A stretch of DNA of 64,000 bases from Acidimicrobiales bacterium. GTDB taxonomy: Bacteria; Patescibacteriota; Minisyncoccia; Phycocordibacterales; UBA918. The notes beneath the pieces are model-generated. The model was given only the letters and a program-made list of their open reading frames with translations. It was not told where the DNA came from and did not search any database. Of this stretch, positions 50,575 through 59,893 are shown piece by piece (the first letter of the stretch is position 1; each line of letters begins with the position of its first letter). Location: the NCBI GenBank assembly GCA_047638595.1, contig JBLIMJ010000001.1, positions 7,768 to 71,767 of the forward strand, in the 5' to 3' direction. The position numbers were made by a program, and so were the translations under genes.

Positions 50575-51663
50575 TTAAAACGTTGGTGTTGCTATGTACG
50601 TTAGGACTGCAGAGTAGTCGTCTCCAGCTTCCTGAAGCGCAGAGATTTCTGTCTTGAATCCAATAGTAGTAGTACCAACACCTACACCTGTTCCACTTGC
50701 TGGACCATCATTTCCCATAACAGCTCGGGGAGTTGTTGTTGCGCCAATGAATTGACCTGCAACAAACTGAGTTCCTCGCGAAGTGATAGTAGTATCATCA
50801 GATGAGATACCCCACCATCCGTATGTGCTATCAACACCTAATGTAGGTGATGTGGGTGATACCCAGTTTCCTGGAACATCAGCGTCATTGATTCCATCAA
50901 TGTCAGCACCTGTTGATGATTCTAGTGCACCGTCCACTTGGACAGTAACTACATATCCATTAGATGCGTTTGTTGAAACAGACAGCTCATGAGCTGAAGA
51001 CGTTGCAACTAATGCATCTAACTTACCAAAGGTAACTGAAGTTGAAGCAGCAGCACCAGTTGTAGTTGCTCCTCCTGAACTTAGTTCAGTGTTAGCAGCT
51101 GTACCAGATACCGTAAAGGTAAAGATGGTATCAACTGTAGCTGTAACTGTAACTGCAGTAAGAATTACAATTCGTGTTGATCCTGTGTCAGTCATGGATC
51201 CTCCGAGAAGAATCTCGTATGAACCTTCAGAACCAGGACTTGTGACGAAGTTTGTAACACCTACGACAACATCGACAACGCTTGCAGCTGCAATGCTACC
51301 AGTAGCAACAGTCAAGGTAACAATTTGACCTGCACCAGCTGCTGATACGTTAGCACTAATGTCTGACGAATCATCATCAATAGTTACATCACCATCAACG
51401 ATTGAACCAATTCCTGTAAACCCTGAAGGGAAAGTGAAAGTGATTGTCTCCCCGTTCGCCACTCCAGTTGGAGTGACGAAAGAAAAAGTATGTGTTGGTG
51501 CAGCACTAGGCGATGAATCAGTAATTGTGTCGCTAAACGAACTCACGTTCGCAGCGTCCACAAAGCGAAGTGACGGCAAGCCAAGCGACCATAAAAGAAT
51601 CGCGAAACCTGCAATCATTGCAATAGTTTTGAGCATTCCGACAGATTTTTCTGTTCGAAACAT
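50575..51663 (-). CDS. Secreted S/T/G-rich protein with WxL/pilin-like C-terminal domain (candidate major subunit)
   Basis: Signal peptide; VTVTATVD..FTFTV, FG.L, VSTNASNGYVVTV, WG, QEAGDDYSAVLTYIATPTF; paralogous to the C-terminus of 20805-25016. Confidence 0.7.
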   Translation of the reverse strand: MFRTEKSVGMLKTIAMIAGFAILLWSLGLPSLRFVDAANVSSFSDTITDSSPSAAPTHTFSFVTPTGVANGETITFTFPSGFTGIGSIVDGDVTIDDDSSDISANVSAAGAGQIVTLTVATGSIAAASVVDVVVGVTNFVTSPGSEGSYEILLGGSMTDTGSTRIVILTAVTVTATVDTIFTFTVSGTAANTELSSGGATTTGAAASTSVTFGKLDALVATSSAHELSVSTNASNGYVVTVQVDGALESSTGADIDGINDADVPGNWVSPTSPTLGVDSTYGWWGISSDDTTITSRGTQFVAGQFIGATTTPRAVMGNDGPASGTGVGVGTTTIGFKTEISALQEAGDDYSAVLTYIATPTF

Positions 51664-51696
51664 ATGCTCTACGTTGAATTAGCTTACAGACCCTTA

Positions 51697-51792
51697 CTCA
51701 TAATAAAGCGTTGTACAGCTTTATTGAGAAGTTAGTTTTGGTCGTGGTACAACAAAAACTGCTACAACGTAAAAGTCTCCACCCCTTTACGT
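51697..51792 (-). promoter_or_regulatory. Structured 5' leader (three hairpins)
   Basis: Stems at 51697-51728, 51734-51760 and 51767-51792; G-U pairs work on the sense (minus) strand. Confidence 0.45.
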
Positions 51793-51961
51793 ATGTAAAA
51801 ACTATAAGCATACTTGTTCTATAACACCCGGCTGAGGTGCCCGTCGCATACGCGACTACTAGACGCAGTGGTTATAAATCCCCACCTCTACAACAAGTAC
51901 TTACATATTGTATCCCACCCACCAAAACCTCACCTTCTACTTCTCCCCACTCTCCCCCTAT

Positions 51962-51988
51962 TACAGGGGACACCGAGTGTCCCCTGTA
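51962..51988. repeat. REP-like palindrome, left of transposase
   Basis: tacaggggacac cga gtgtcccctgta. Confidence 0.9.
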
Positions 51989-52007
51989 GTAAAATCTATA
52001 TATTGCT

Positions 52008-52661
52008 ATGGAATTCTATCATGTAATAAATAGAGGAGTTGATAAACGTACTACCTTTCAAGAGGAGGGTGACTACTTACGTTTTATACAAAACCTTCAC
52101 ATATACAACAGCACAGAATCGGCGCCACATAATGTCTGGTCAACATCTGCCCGCATGAAAATAATGCCTGTAAAAAAATTAGTGACTATTCATGCGTACT
52201 GCCTCATGCCTAACCATTATCACCTTTTACTCTCACCTCTTGTCGATGACGGAATCACTAAGTTCATGCATAAGGTCGGCATGGGATACTCAAAATATTT
52301 TAATGAGAAAAATGAGCGTACTGGTGTCTTATGGCAAGGTAAATATAAAAGCATAAATATTACAACTGACGCACAGTTAAACTACATCCCTTACTATATA
52401 AATCTTAACGCTCTAGATCTTTCACACCCACAATGGAGACGCGGTGCTGTTACAAACACACAAAATGCATTAACTCGGCTACAGCAATACAAGTGGAGTA
52501 GTCATTCTCTATTTTTATACCCTGAAAAAATAGACACATCAATCCTTAGTGGAAGTTTTTTTACTAAAGAGCTAAGTCAGGCAAAATATATACAGGAAAT
52601 AGTAAATATTATTTCCGACAAAACCCTGGCTCAATATAGCGAAAGTATTGAACTAAAATAA
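52008..52661 (+). mobile_element. REP-associated tyrosine transposase (RAYT, Y1 HUH)
   Basis: YHVINRG, AYCLMPNHYHLLL (HUH), YFN...G.LWQG.YKS, YINLN, YKWSS; flanked by identical palindromes. Confidence 0.9.
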
Positions 52662-52699
52662 ATTACAGGGGACACCGAGTGTCCCCTGTAATTTATTTT
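52655..52699. repeat. REP-like palindrome, right of transposase
   Basis: aaaataaattacaggggacac cga gtgtcccctgtaatttatttt (perfect 21-bp arms). Confidence 0.9.
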
Positions 52700-52706
52700 T
52701 CGGTTG

Positions 52707-53858
52707 TTAACCTGTCCAGTTGAAGAGCAGTATGGAAAAATCCTCTAGGCCGACTCTGTCGTTGCCGTTTATATCAGCTGGGGGGTTTGAGTTGCCGCCT
52801 GTTGTTCCCCACCAGAATATTAAAATGGAGAAGTCAATCAAATTAATAAGACCATCACGGTTTAGGTCTGAAGGTGTTGTTGGTGACCCATCCACTCCTA
52901 AAAATAACTGTAACGTAGAACTAAAACTACTTTCTGTAGTAAGAGAACCTGAACCAAGAATAAAACGGGCACGAGCTGTATATTCAGCTGCAGAGAGTCC
53001 ACTTGTATCAAAATCAATGTTCCAATAACCACCACTATCAGAAATGGTTGTGAGAACTTGGTCACTATCGCCAATGTGGACTTCAAGTGAAGTGTTCTGA
53101 ACAGCCTGTCCTGCAAAAGTGATAGTATCCCCAGGATTGATTGTAGAATCAGATACTACAATTGTTGGTGGAACAAGAATCCCTGCAACCTTTGTGATTG
53201 CTCCTTGCGTCACATCAAATGTAGTACCAAATGTAATCGATCGAATGTTATCGTCATCTTCAACCCAAAAACCCATTGAAATAGTCCCGGGTGAAGTATT
53301 AGAGGTAAACTCAAAATTACCAGCACTGTCAGCCTTCACGGTACCCACAGATTTAGCATCAAGAATAATGTTGACTTTCGCTCGCGGGATAGTTTTACCA
53401 GTTACATTTACCTGAGTATCACCAAAATCCTCATCACTTCCGCCAGACGGCTGAGTACCGCCACCTGAAGAACCGCCACTTCCAGAACCAGCTGGCTCAA
53501 TGGTACAGTCTGCATTACAGAAGTCACCTGAAATATTATTCCCATCATCACACTCCTCAGCATAGATAGTCTGCAAAATACTGTCCCCGCAATACGGTCC
53601 AAAATCACAATCCACATCGCACTGTCTACCTAAGATAGAAGTGCTGTATGCACCTGTTTCACCCAACACATCACAAGTCTCATCAACATCAACAATTTCA
53701 TTTCCACAGATACTTGTCGTTAAACTAGTTGTTGCAATATAACCCCCAGATATTACTTGCGCAGTAGCTACCTGACTTAGCAAGAAAAAACACCCTACTA
53801 CAGCAAGTGCAGCAGGTAGGGCGTTTAACTCATGCAAAAAAGTAACAAATTGTCTCAT
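52707..53858 (-). CDS. Secreted protein with cysteine-rich (DUF4215-like) repeats, Ig-like domains and C-terminal dockerin
   Basis: CGNEIVD..ETCD and CGD....EECDDGN..SGD.C...C; DLNRDGLINLIDFSIL and DINGNDRVGLEDFSIL; likely start ATG 53858. Confidence 0.82.
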   Translation of the reverse strand: MRQFVTFLHELNALPAALAVVGCFFLLSQVATAQVISGGYIATTSLTTSICGNEIVDVDETCDVLGETGAYSTSILGRQCDVDCDFGPYCGDSILQTIYAEECDDGNNISGDFCNADCTIEPAGSGSGGSSGGGTQPSGGSDEDFGDTQVNVTGKTIPRAKVNIILDAKSVGTVKADSAGNFEFTSNTSPGTISMGFWVEDDDNIRSITFGTTFDVTQGAITKVAGILVPPTIVVSDSTINPGDTITFAGQAVQNTSLEVHIGDSDQVLTTISDSGGYWNIDFDTSGLSAAEYTARARFILGSGSLTTESSFSSTLQLFLGVDGSPTTPSDLNRDGLINLIDFSILIFWWGTTGGNSNPPADINGNDRVGLEDFSILLFNWTG

Positions 53859-53865
53859 GGTAAAA

Positions 53866-54813
53866 CTACGCCCGTGTCCGCCTACGACGTTCCCTGTACG
53901 TATGCGCAAGGAGTAACATCAGAACAAGTAAAGATAAGATTGGAAGCAATACAGACAGCTTGTGTGCTGATGAGAGACCAGTAAATCCAAATCCAGCAGT
54001 TTGCAATGTCCCGTACGGCAGAATATTGAGATTAAGTTCACCTTGATACTTCACATCTTCATCATTCATGATTTCATAACGTGCAAGGTACGAACCTGTA
54101 GGTAGACGAGTCGGAACCTCAGCTACAATTTCTTCAGTTCCAAATGGTTCAATTTTTGTCAATTTACCCTTATTTGTTGTCTCTTCAAGTAATACAGTCC
54201 CTGAAGTATCATAAATTTTAAATACAATTTCTGAAGGAGATACATCAACGTTACCTGTATTTTCAAGGAGCATCGCAAAATTTATTTTTCCTGGAAAGTA
54301 AAGCCATCCGACTTTTGTACCTTCATTTAGATCATTGACCCCTACTTTACGAAGTCTAAAATCTTTTATAACTTTATCAATAACATGTAATTCAATATCA
54401 ATTTGAGCGCCGAGAGATATATTAACCGCACCTGTAGCAACAGCATCGTCAGTTGCCCCAGTTTTAATTCTTATAGCTCCTGTATACGTTTTAAAATCAG
54501 CATCATCGGGTACGGTAACACGGACAGTCATAGGAACCTTTTGTTCACCACGAGGGAGCGTAAAAGTTTCCCCTTGAATAATCTCAATCCAGTCAGATAT
54601 AGCTGGTGCGTCAACAGTAATAGATGCTTTTAGAGGTGTAGTGGGGTCTCCTCGAACAAGAAGGATTTGTTGTTCATAGGTCGAATTTCGAGTAAGACTC
54701 GTATTTCGAACAAATGGTGGAGTGACCCCAAAACCAGCCAGCACAGAATCAGCACCAAAGAGTACAAATATCACAATTGCTAATAGTACAGTTTTTGTAA
54801 AGAGGGTAGTCAT
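53866..54813 (-). CDS. DUF916-like chaperone-type membrane-anchored protein
   Basis: FGVTPP, DWI, VTVPDDA...YTGAI, ENTGNVDVSP, GSYLA; C-terminal TM with Arg-rich tail. Confidence 0.65.
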   Translation of the reverse strand: MTTLFTKTVLLAIVIFVLFGADSVLAGFGVTPPFVRNTSLTRNSTYEQQILLVRGDPTTPLKASITVDAPAISDWIEIIQGETFTLPRGEQKVPMTVRVTVPDDADFKTYTGAIRIKTGATDDAVATGAVNISLGAQIDIELHVIDKVIKDFRLRKVGVNDLNEGTKVGWLYFPGKINFAMLLENTGNVDVSPSEIVFKIYDTSGTVLLEETTNKGKLTKIEPFGTEEIVAEVPTRLPTGSYLARYEIMNDEDVKYQGELNLNILPYGTLQTAGFGFTGLSSAHKLSVLLPILSLLVLMLLLAHTYRERRRRTRA

Positions 54814-54868
54814 TGGAAATCGACGTTATATTTCAACTTAATTATCCCAAGTTGGTTCAGATAAAGCA

Positions 54869-54897
54869 AGAACCACTGTTGGGATAACAGTGGTTCT
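54869..54897 (-). terminator. Hairpin after 54909-56789
   Basis: agaaccactgtt gggat aacagtggttct. Confidence 0.6.
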
Positions 54898-54908
54898 GCA
54901 TAGTTTTA

Positions 54909-56789
54909 CTACCAATCAGCAGGTTCGGCTGTCTTTGCAGTGAATGTATTCTCCCCAGTGTATGCTCCGGCTAATGTAATTGCCACAGGCACTTCAATTC
55001 CCCAGAATGTTACACCTAGTGACTGTGTAGCAGTGGACGTTGATTTTTTAATATCAATCTCTAGTTCTACTGGTGTAGAAGAAGAAAGTATGAATCCGCT
55101 ACTAGTTGCTGATCCGTACGTTACTGATGAAGTTGCAAACACCTGATAATTGGCTTGAATTGTTGAAGATGATGAGTTTGGACACGTAATTGCCGAGGTG
55201 TATGTTCCACACATAGCTTGACCTGAGAGCATTTGATCCATACCTACATTTCCAACTGCCCGCACAGTAGTAGTCGCAACTAAAGGATCTGTCCTATCTC
55301 CTGGTTCAAGAGAACCAAATGGAATTGCTGCTGTATCAAGTACAAGCGCAAGGAAACTAACTACATCTTGGGCAATTGAACTTGTTGCAAGTGTTCCAGT
55401 TGCAAAGTTGTCGTCAACTGGTGCCACAGCTGCAGACCAGTCACTGGCAAAGTGCACGGTGTTTGTTGCTCCACCATCAGTAGGGTCAGCAATGTACCAA
55501 AGCGGGAATGTGCAATCAAACCGCATAGTTAAGTCAGTTGCTCCTAAACAACTTGTTGTAGATGCTGTACATGCGACATTCCAAGTAGTCGTTGGTACCG
55601 TACTTGTATAACAATCATTTGCATCATATTCTCCAGACGCATCACAATTATCCCACCCACCAGGAAGATTGGACCTAAATACTGATATTTCATATCCTAC
55701 TAATTCGTCGCCAGCACTTGCATTTAAACAACTATTGTTGTCCGAGGCATTGAAATAGAGTTCCATACCTGTTGTTTCTCCAGCTTCCACAGTCAGCGTC
55801 ATGTCAGCACCATTATTAAGGGTTATGTCACTGTCTGAAACAAAGGGTGTTGCATTTGCTACAGTTAAAACTGAGTCAGCTCCCTGTTGGCCTCCCAAGG
55901 CGACATGACCATGGTTATCCACGATGTAACCATATGAACCGTAGTTCTGGTCTCGCGTCGGAATTACAATAGTATATGCACCACTTTGTTGTGTCGCGGT
56001 AAAGGTGGACGTTGCAAGCGTTGTTGCGTTACAACTTGTACTTGTTGCTGAAAAGCTTGCAGTTGAACATACATGTAACTGTATGGTGTCAGCTGCATCC
56101 ACAACATCACTATCTGATGAGGTAGCATAGAATGTGACCGAATTACCAGGTAATCCAGGTGAATCATCTGAAAATGCTACTAGAACTGGGCGGTGATTCA
56201 CGTTGAATGGTGAGGCTGTTGTAGCTGTTCCTTGTTTATAGGTCGTGCTACAACGTGGACTTACCGGGTCGTCGTCACAAATCCACGCGTACCAGTCATT
56301 TGACTCTGCAAGACCCTCACTTGTTGTGGTAGTAGCAGTTACCGCAGACCCACTTGGTGTACTCGTTGAAACCGCCCACTGGGTCGTTGATGTTGGACTA
56401 CAATCAGGTGGTGCAGTTCCAAGTGACTCAGGACCTGCTGCGGCATTTGGTGTTGGCAGATTTGCTGTATTACAAATCAGCAAGAAGTATGGTGCACCAT
56501 TGGAGTCAGCACCAGTTGCTGTCCATGAAACAGTATCACCTGAATTAGTTGGTGTTGTTGTGGAGGATTCAAATAACTCTTGCGCATCTATAGTCCACTG
56601 AGGAGGAGTGTTTAACACTGTGATTGATGTAGTAGCGACACCTTGTGCTTCTACCTGTTGTAATTCTTGTGCACCCAAATTGAGAAGAAAAACAAAAGCA
56701 AAAACCACCACTCCTATAAATGAAGTCAAAACCGTTATCTTACCTGCAGTGTGTAAGTACTTTGGAAACTCTTGCATGTTGTACGACAT
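54909..56789 (-). CDS. Secreted Cys-rich protein with C-terminal pilin/WxL-like domain
   Basis: N-terminal TM/signal; IPFGSLEPG, GNV..D, TFWGIEVP...AGAYTGENTFTA; homologous to the C-terminus of 61398-64000. Confidence 0.65.
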   Translation of the reverse strand: MSYNMQEFPKYLHTAGKITVLTSFIGVVVFAFVFLLNLGAQELQQVEAQGVATTSITVLNTPPQWTIDAQELFESSTTTPTNSGDTVSWTATGADSNGAPYFLLICNTANLPTPNAAAGPESLGTAPPDCSPTSTTQWAVSTSTPSGSAVTATTTTSEGLAESNDWYAWICDDDPVSPRCSTTYKQGTATTASPFNVNHRPVLVAFSDDSPGLPGNSVTFYATSSDSDVVDAADTIQLHVCSTASFSATSTSCNATTLATSTFTATQQSGAYTIVIPTRDQNYGSYGYIVDNHGHVALGGQQGADSVLTVANATPFVSDSDITLNNGADMTLTVEAGETTGMELYFNASDNNSCLNASAGDELVGYEISVFRSNLPGGWDNCDASGEYDANDCYTSTVPTTTWNVACTASTTSCLGATDLTMRFDCTFPLWYIADPTDGGATNTVHFASDWSAAVAPVDDNFATGTLATSSIAQDVVSFLALVLDTAAIPFGSLEPGDRTDPLVATTTVRAVGNVGMDQMLSGQAMCGTYTSAITCPNSSSSTIQANYQVFATSSVTYGSATSSGFILSSSTPVELEIDIKKSTSTATQSLGVTFWGIEVPVAITLAGAYTGENTFTAKTAEPADW

Positions 56790-56872
56790 ATAATAATGAT
56801 ATTTACTATATAGTATATTAAATTTTTAAATAAAACGTGGGTTATACACAGTTTTATGCAAAGGATTGGACA

Positions 56873-58087
56873 CTATTCGTAACGAATTGCATCCAAGGGA
56901 TTGAGTGTTGCTGCACGTTTTGCTGGAAAAATACCAGTAAGATACCCTACCCCAGCAGAGAAAACGGCGATAAATGTAAGGAAATCAAGAGGAAAAGCAA
57001 ACAGATTTACGGACTGACCACCATATTGACTTGCTGCAAAATTGAGCATTAAGTTTACGATAGTACCCAAAGCTACCCCCATAATGATACCTGTAACACC
57101 CCCCAAAAATCCTACAACTATCGACTCGGAAACAAAGAGCCACTTAATATCACTCGGTGAAGCTCCAATAGTTCGCATGATTCCAATCTCTTTTGTTCGC
57201 TCAAGAAGTGTCACTGTCATGGTATTAAACATACCAATGGCTGATACAAGAAGCGCAATACCTCCAAAGGTTGCAAGTACGGCCTGTACACCCTGAAAGA
57301 TTTTAGTAGCTTGCTCAACAGTTTTTGACAACGCTGTCACACGATACCCAGCTTCGATGAGCTCACCCTCAACTATCGGGAGAAATTCATTAGTATCTAC
57401 ACGAACCTGGATACGTTCATACTCTTCAATACCAACGTGACTCCGCAACTCAGGCAGCATCATTAATGCATTAAGTACCCCCTCTTCCTTTGTAATACCT
57501 TTTACGGTGTACTCCTTATCTATATAAATCTCATTAACCTCATCTGTACCATCTTCAGCAGGTACTAAAAGACGGAATTTTACCTTTTCTCCAATAAATT
57601 TATCTATTTCCTCATCCTCGACACCAAAAAGTTTTAATACAGCAGGGGAAAGCATAATTTCGTTAGTGTTATCAATGTCTTCATCATCAAATACCTCCCC
57701 ATAAGATGCAATAATACCTGCATAACGAACATATGGGGGCTCTGCACCCTGAATAAACAAGTTCCCAGTAAGACCTTTGTAGGTAACCAACGCTGGAAAC
57801 CGAGCAAGAGGAGCTGCATCAAGCACGTGTTCATTTTCTTCAAACTCTACAACTGTTTGTGCTGTCAACTGCAAATTCTGTGCACCTGTAGCTGACACAC
57901 CAAGAGACAGGAGCGTTTCCCCAAACACGATTTGCTCTAGAATAATCTGCTGTAGGCCAAAACCAAGACCTACAAGAACAACCACAGCACCGGTTCCCAC
58001 TCCCATGCCTAAAATAGTCAACCAAGTACGCATGGGGTTGGTTTTAAAAGCTCGTGTTGAAAGCTGTGCTAAATCTTGAACGCGCAT
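56873..58087 (-). CDS. MacB/FtsX-type ABC permease
   Basis: RTWLTILGMGVG, ERTKEIGIMRTIGA, PAKRAATLNPLDAIRYE. Confidence 0.93.
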   Translation of the reverse strand: MRVQDLAQLSTRAFKTNPMRTWLTILGMGVGTGAVVVLVGLGFGLQQIILEQIVFGETLLSLGVSATGAQNLQLTAQTVVEFEENEHVLDAAPLARFPALVTYKGLTGNLFIQGAEPPYVRYAGIIASYGEVFDDEDIDNTNEIMLSPAVLKLFGVEDEEIDKFIGEKVKFRLLVPAEDGTDEVNEIYIDKEYTVKGITKEEGVLNALMMLPELRSHVGIEEYERIQVRVDTNEFLPIVEGELIEAGYRVTALSKTVEQATKIFQGVQAVLATFGGIALLVSAIGMFNTMTVTLLERTKEIGIMRTIGASPSDIKWLFVSESIVVGFLGGVTGIIMGVALGTIVNLMLNFAASQYGGQSVNLFAFPLDFLTFIAVFSAGVGYLTGIFPAKRAATLNPLDAIRYE

Positions 58088-58115
58088 AATGTTTTTCTAA
58101 GTATACGACACTGTG

Positions 58116-59438
58116 TTACGTTTTATAACTTACGTCCACACCTTGAGCAATAAGTTTTTCAAAATATCGTGTAATATCGTCTGCCTCTTTAAGGGTCAAA
58201 GCCAAACCACCAGTACTGACTCCTTTCTGAATACATTCATGGAATATATCTTCCCCAGATACACCAACGACACGGTCAGCAATAACCTCAATAAGGTTAT
58301 CTTCTTTCTTCTTGGTCAGTTTCATTCGGTGCGCCTTTAGGAGATGCTCATGTAGCCGCTCTGCCAACTTGTGCTGATCAAAAAAAGAGTGGGTTTTATC
58401 CTGTTGATTACGGAAGCGACGAATATCATCTGCTTGATTTAAAATGAGGGCTGAAGTTTTTGACATACGTCTTGCTTCACGCTCTGGAATACCAACTCCT
58501 CCACGTTCATACGGAAGAACGAGCGTTTTAATAAAAGTATCTTTAGAAATCTTTCCTGATATAAAGAAATTAACAACTCTCTCCATACGTTCCAACTGGT
58601 CGTATGTATAATCCTGAGTAAGGAAATTAACGAGACTTTTTACGCGAAGTGTTTCAATTGAGTCGTAAGGAAATAGTCGAGCAAGTTGTTCAAGCTCGGT
58701 TACAATCGTCTCCCCTTCTCTCACCGGCTTTATCTGTTTCCTCTGAGGATTCACAACTTCACGTACAATTACACCATCTTTAAGATAATACACTCGATGG
58801 GCGTAGCTTAAGTGGGCAGCATTGTGCGACACCATAATAACCGTACGTCTATCAAACGTATTAATCTCGTCAATCTTATCCATAACCTGTTGGGTAGATA
58901 CAGAGTCGAGGTTCCCTGTCGGCTCATCAGCAAGAAGAATTCTCGGATCATTAATCATTGAGCGAGATACAGACACTCGCTGCTGCTGACCTCCTGAGAG
59001 CATGGGAGTAATCTTGTGTGATACATGCCCCACACCAAACCTATCCAACAATGACTGAGCCCTTCTATTACGTGTGGCCTTGTCCTTGTTTGCAAAAATC
59101 ATTGGTAGTGCAACATTGTCGAGCACGGTGAGTGATGGAATGAGGTTAAACTGCTGGAAAATAATTCCCATAACATACCGCTGGAAATACACACGCTCAT
59201 CTATGGAAATTGCATAAATATCTTCACCTCCAATAAGCATCGTTCCATTACCTGGTGGCAATGAACCCTGAATAGAATACATGAGTGTCGACTTACCAGA
59301 GCCCGAAGCACCAAAAAGAATGATGTACTCACCTTCATAGATGTCAGTGCTCGCACCAGAAAGAGCCTTGAATTCATTACTCTTTCCTTTGTTGTATATA
59401 ATGTCAAGATCTCGACAGATAATCAGTGGTTTTGCCAT
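58116..59438 (-). CDS. MacB/LolD-type ABC ATPase with ~200-aa C-terminal extension
   Basis: GASGSGKST, LSGGQQQR, LADEPTGNLD, SH; likely start ATG 59438. Confidence 0.93.
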   Translation of the reverse strand: MAKPLIICRDLDIIYNKGKSNEFKALSGASTDIYEGEYIILFGASGSGKSTLMYSIQGSLPPGNGTMLIGGEDIYAISIDERVYFQRYVMGIIFQQFNLIPSLTVLDNVALPMIFANKDKATRNRRAQSLLDRFGVGHVSHKITPMLSGGQQQRVSVSRSMINDPRILLADEPTGNLDSVSTQQVMDKIDEINTFDRRTVIMVSHNAAHLSYAHRVYYLKDGVIVREVVNPQRKQIKPVREGETIVTELEQLARLFPYDSIETLRVKSLVNFLTQDYTYDQLERMERVVNFFISGKISKDTFIKTLVLPYERGGVGIPEREARRMSKTSALILNQADDIRRFRNQQDKTHSFFDQHKLAERLHEHLLKAHRMKLTKKKEDNLIEVIADRVVGVSGEDIFHECIQKGVSTGGLALTLKEADDITRYFEKLIAQGVDVSYKT

Positions 59439-59865
59439 GAAGAAATTAAATGAAGAAGGGAGTGTAACGACTATGACGCCCAATTTTTAATGGCTGAAAG
59501 GAATATAAAATTGGAGGTACACTTGGGATGAATTTAGTTCCAAATTTGAACCTGCTATAGGTAAATTCCTGGAATTTCTAATCATAACCACACTCAGAAA
59601 TTTTCTTAAAAATCTCTATAATAATATCATCCCACCACTAAAAACATGTTTGCTGTATCCCCACATATTATCTTAAATCGTTTCTGTCTAGGAACAGTAG
59701 GTGCTCAATAGACTGTTTTCATACAAACATACGATTTCAGTACAGATATTTCTGTACTGTTGGTAAAGAAAATTCTGGTCGTAAGTGACAGTATCGGAGT
59801 GCGCCTCTCCTATCCATGCTTCGGCTAAAGTCTCACATCGGGATTCCCGACTCCTGTCGGGATCA

Positions 59866-59893
59866 GATAAAAAGTCCTCAGGGACTTTTTATC
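59866..59893 (-). terminator. Hairpin overlapping the stop of the FN3 gene
   Basis: gataaaaagtcc tcag ggactttttatc. Confidence 0.6.

Noticed and set aside
52008-52661. IS200/IS605 element with TnpB
   Set aside because: No tnpB; the length and motifs fit RAYT better than IS200 TnpA.
59840-59864. tcccgac-tcct-gtcggga hairpin as another repeat family
   Set aside because: Single copy in the window, so it cannot be supported as a repeat.
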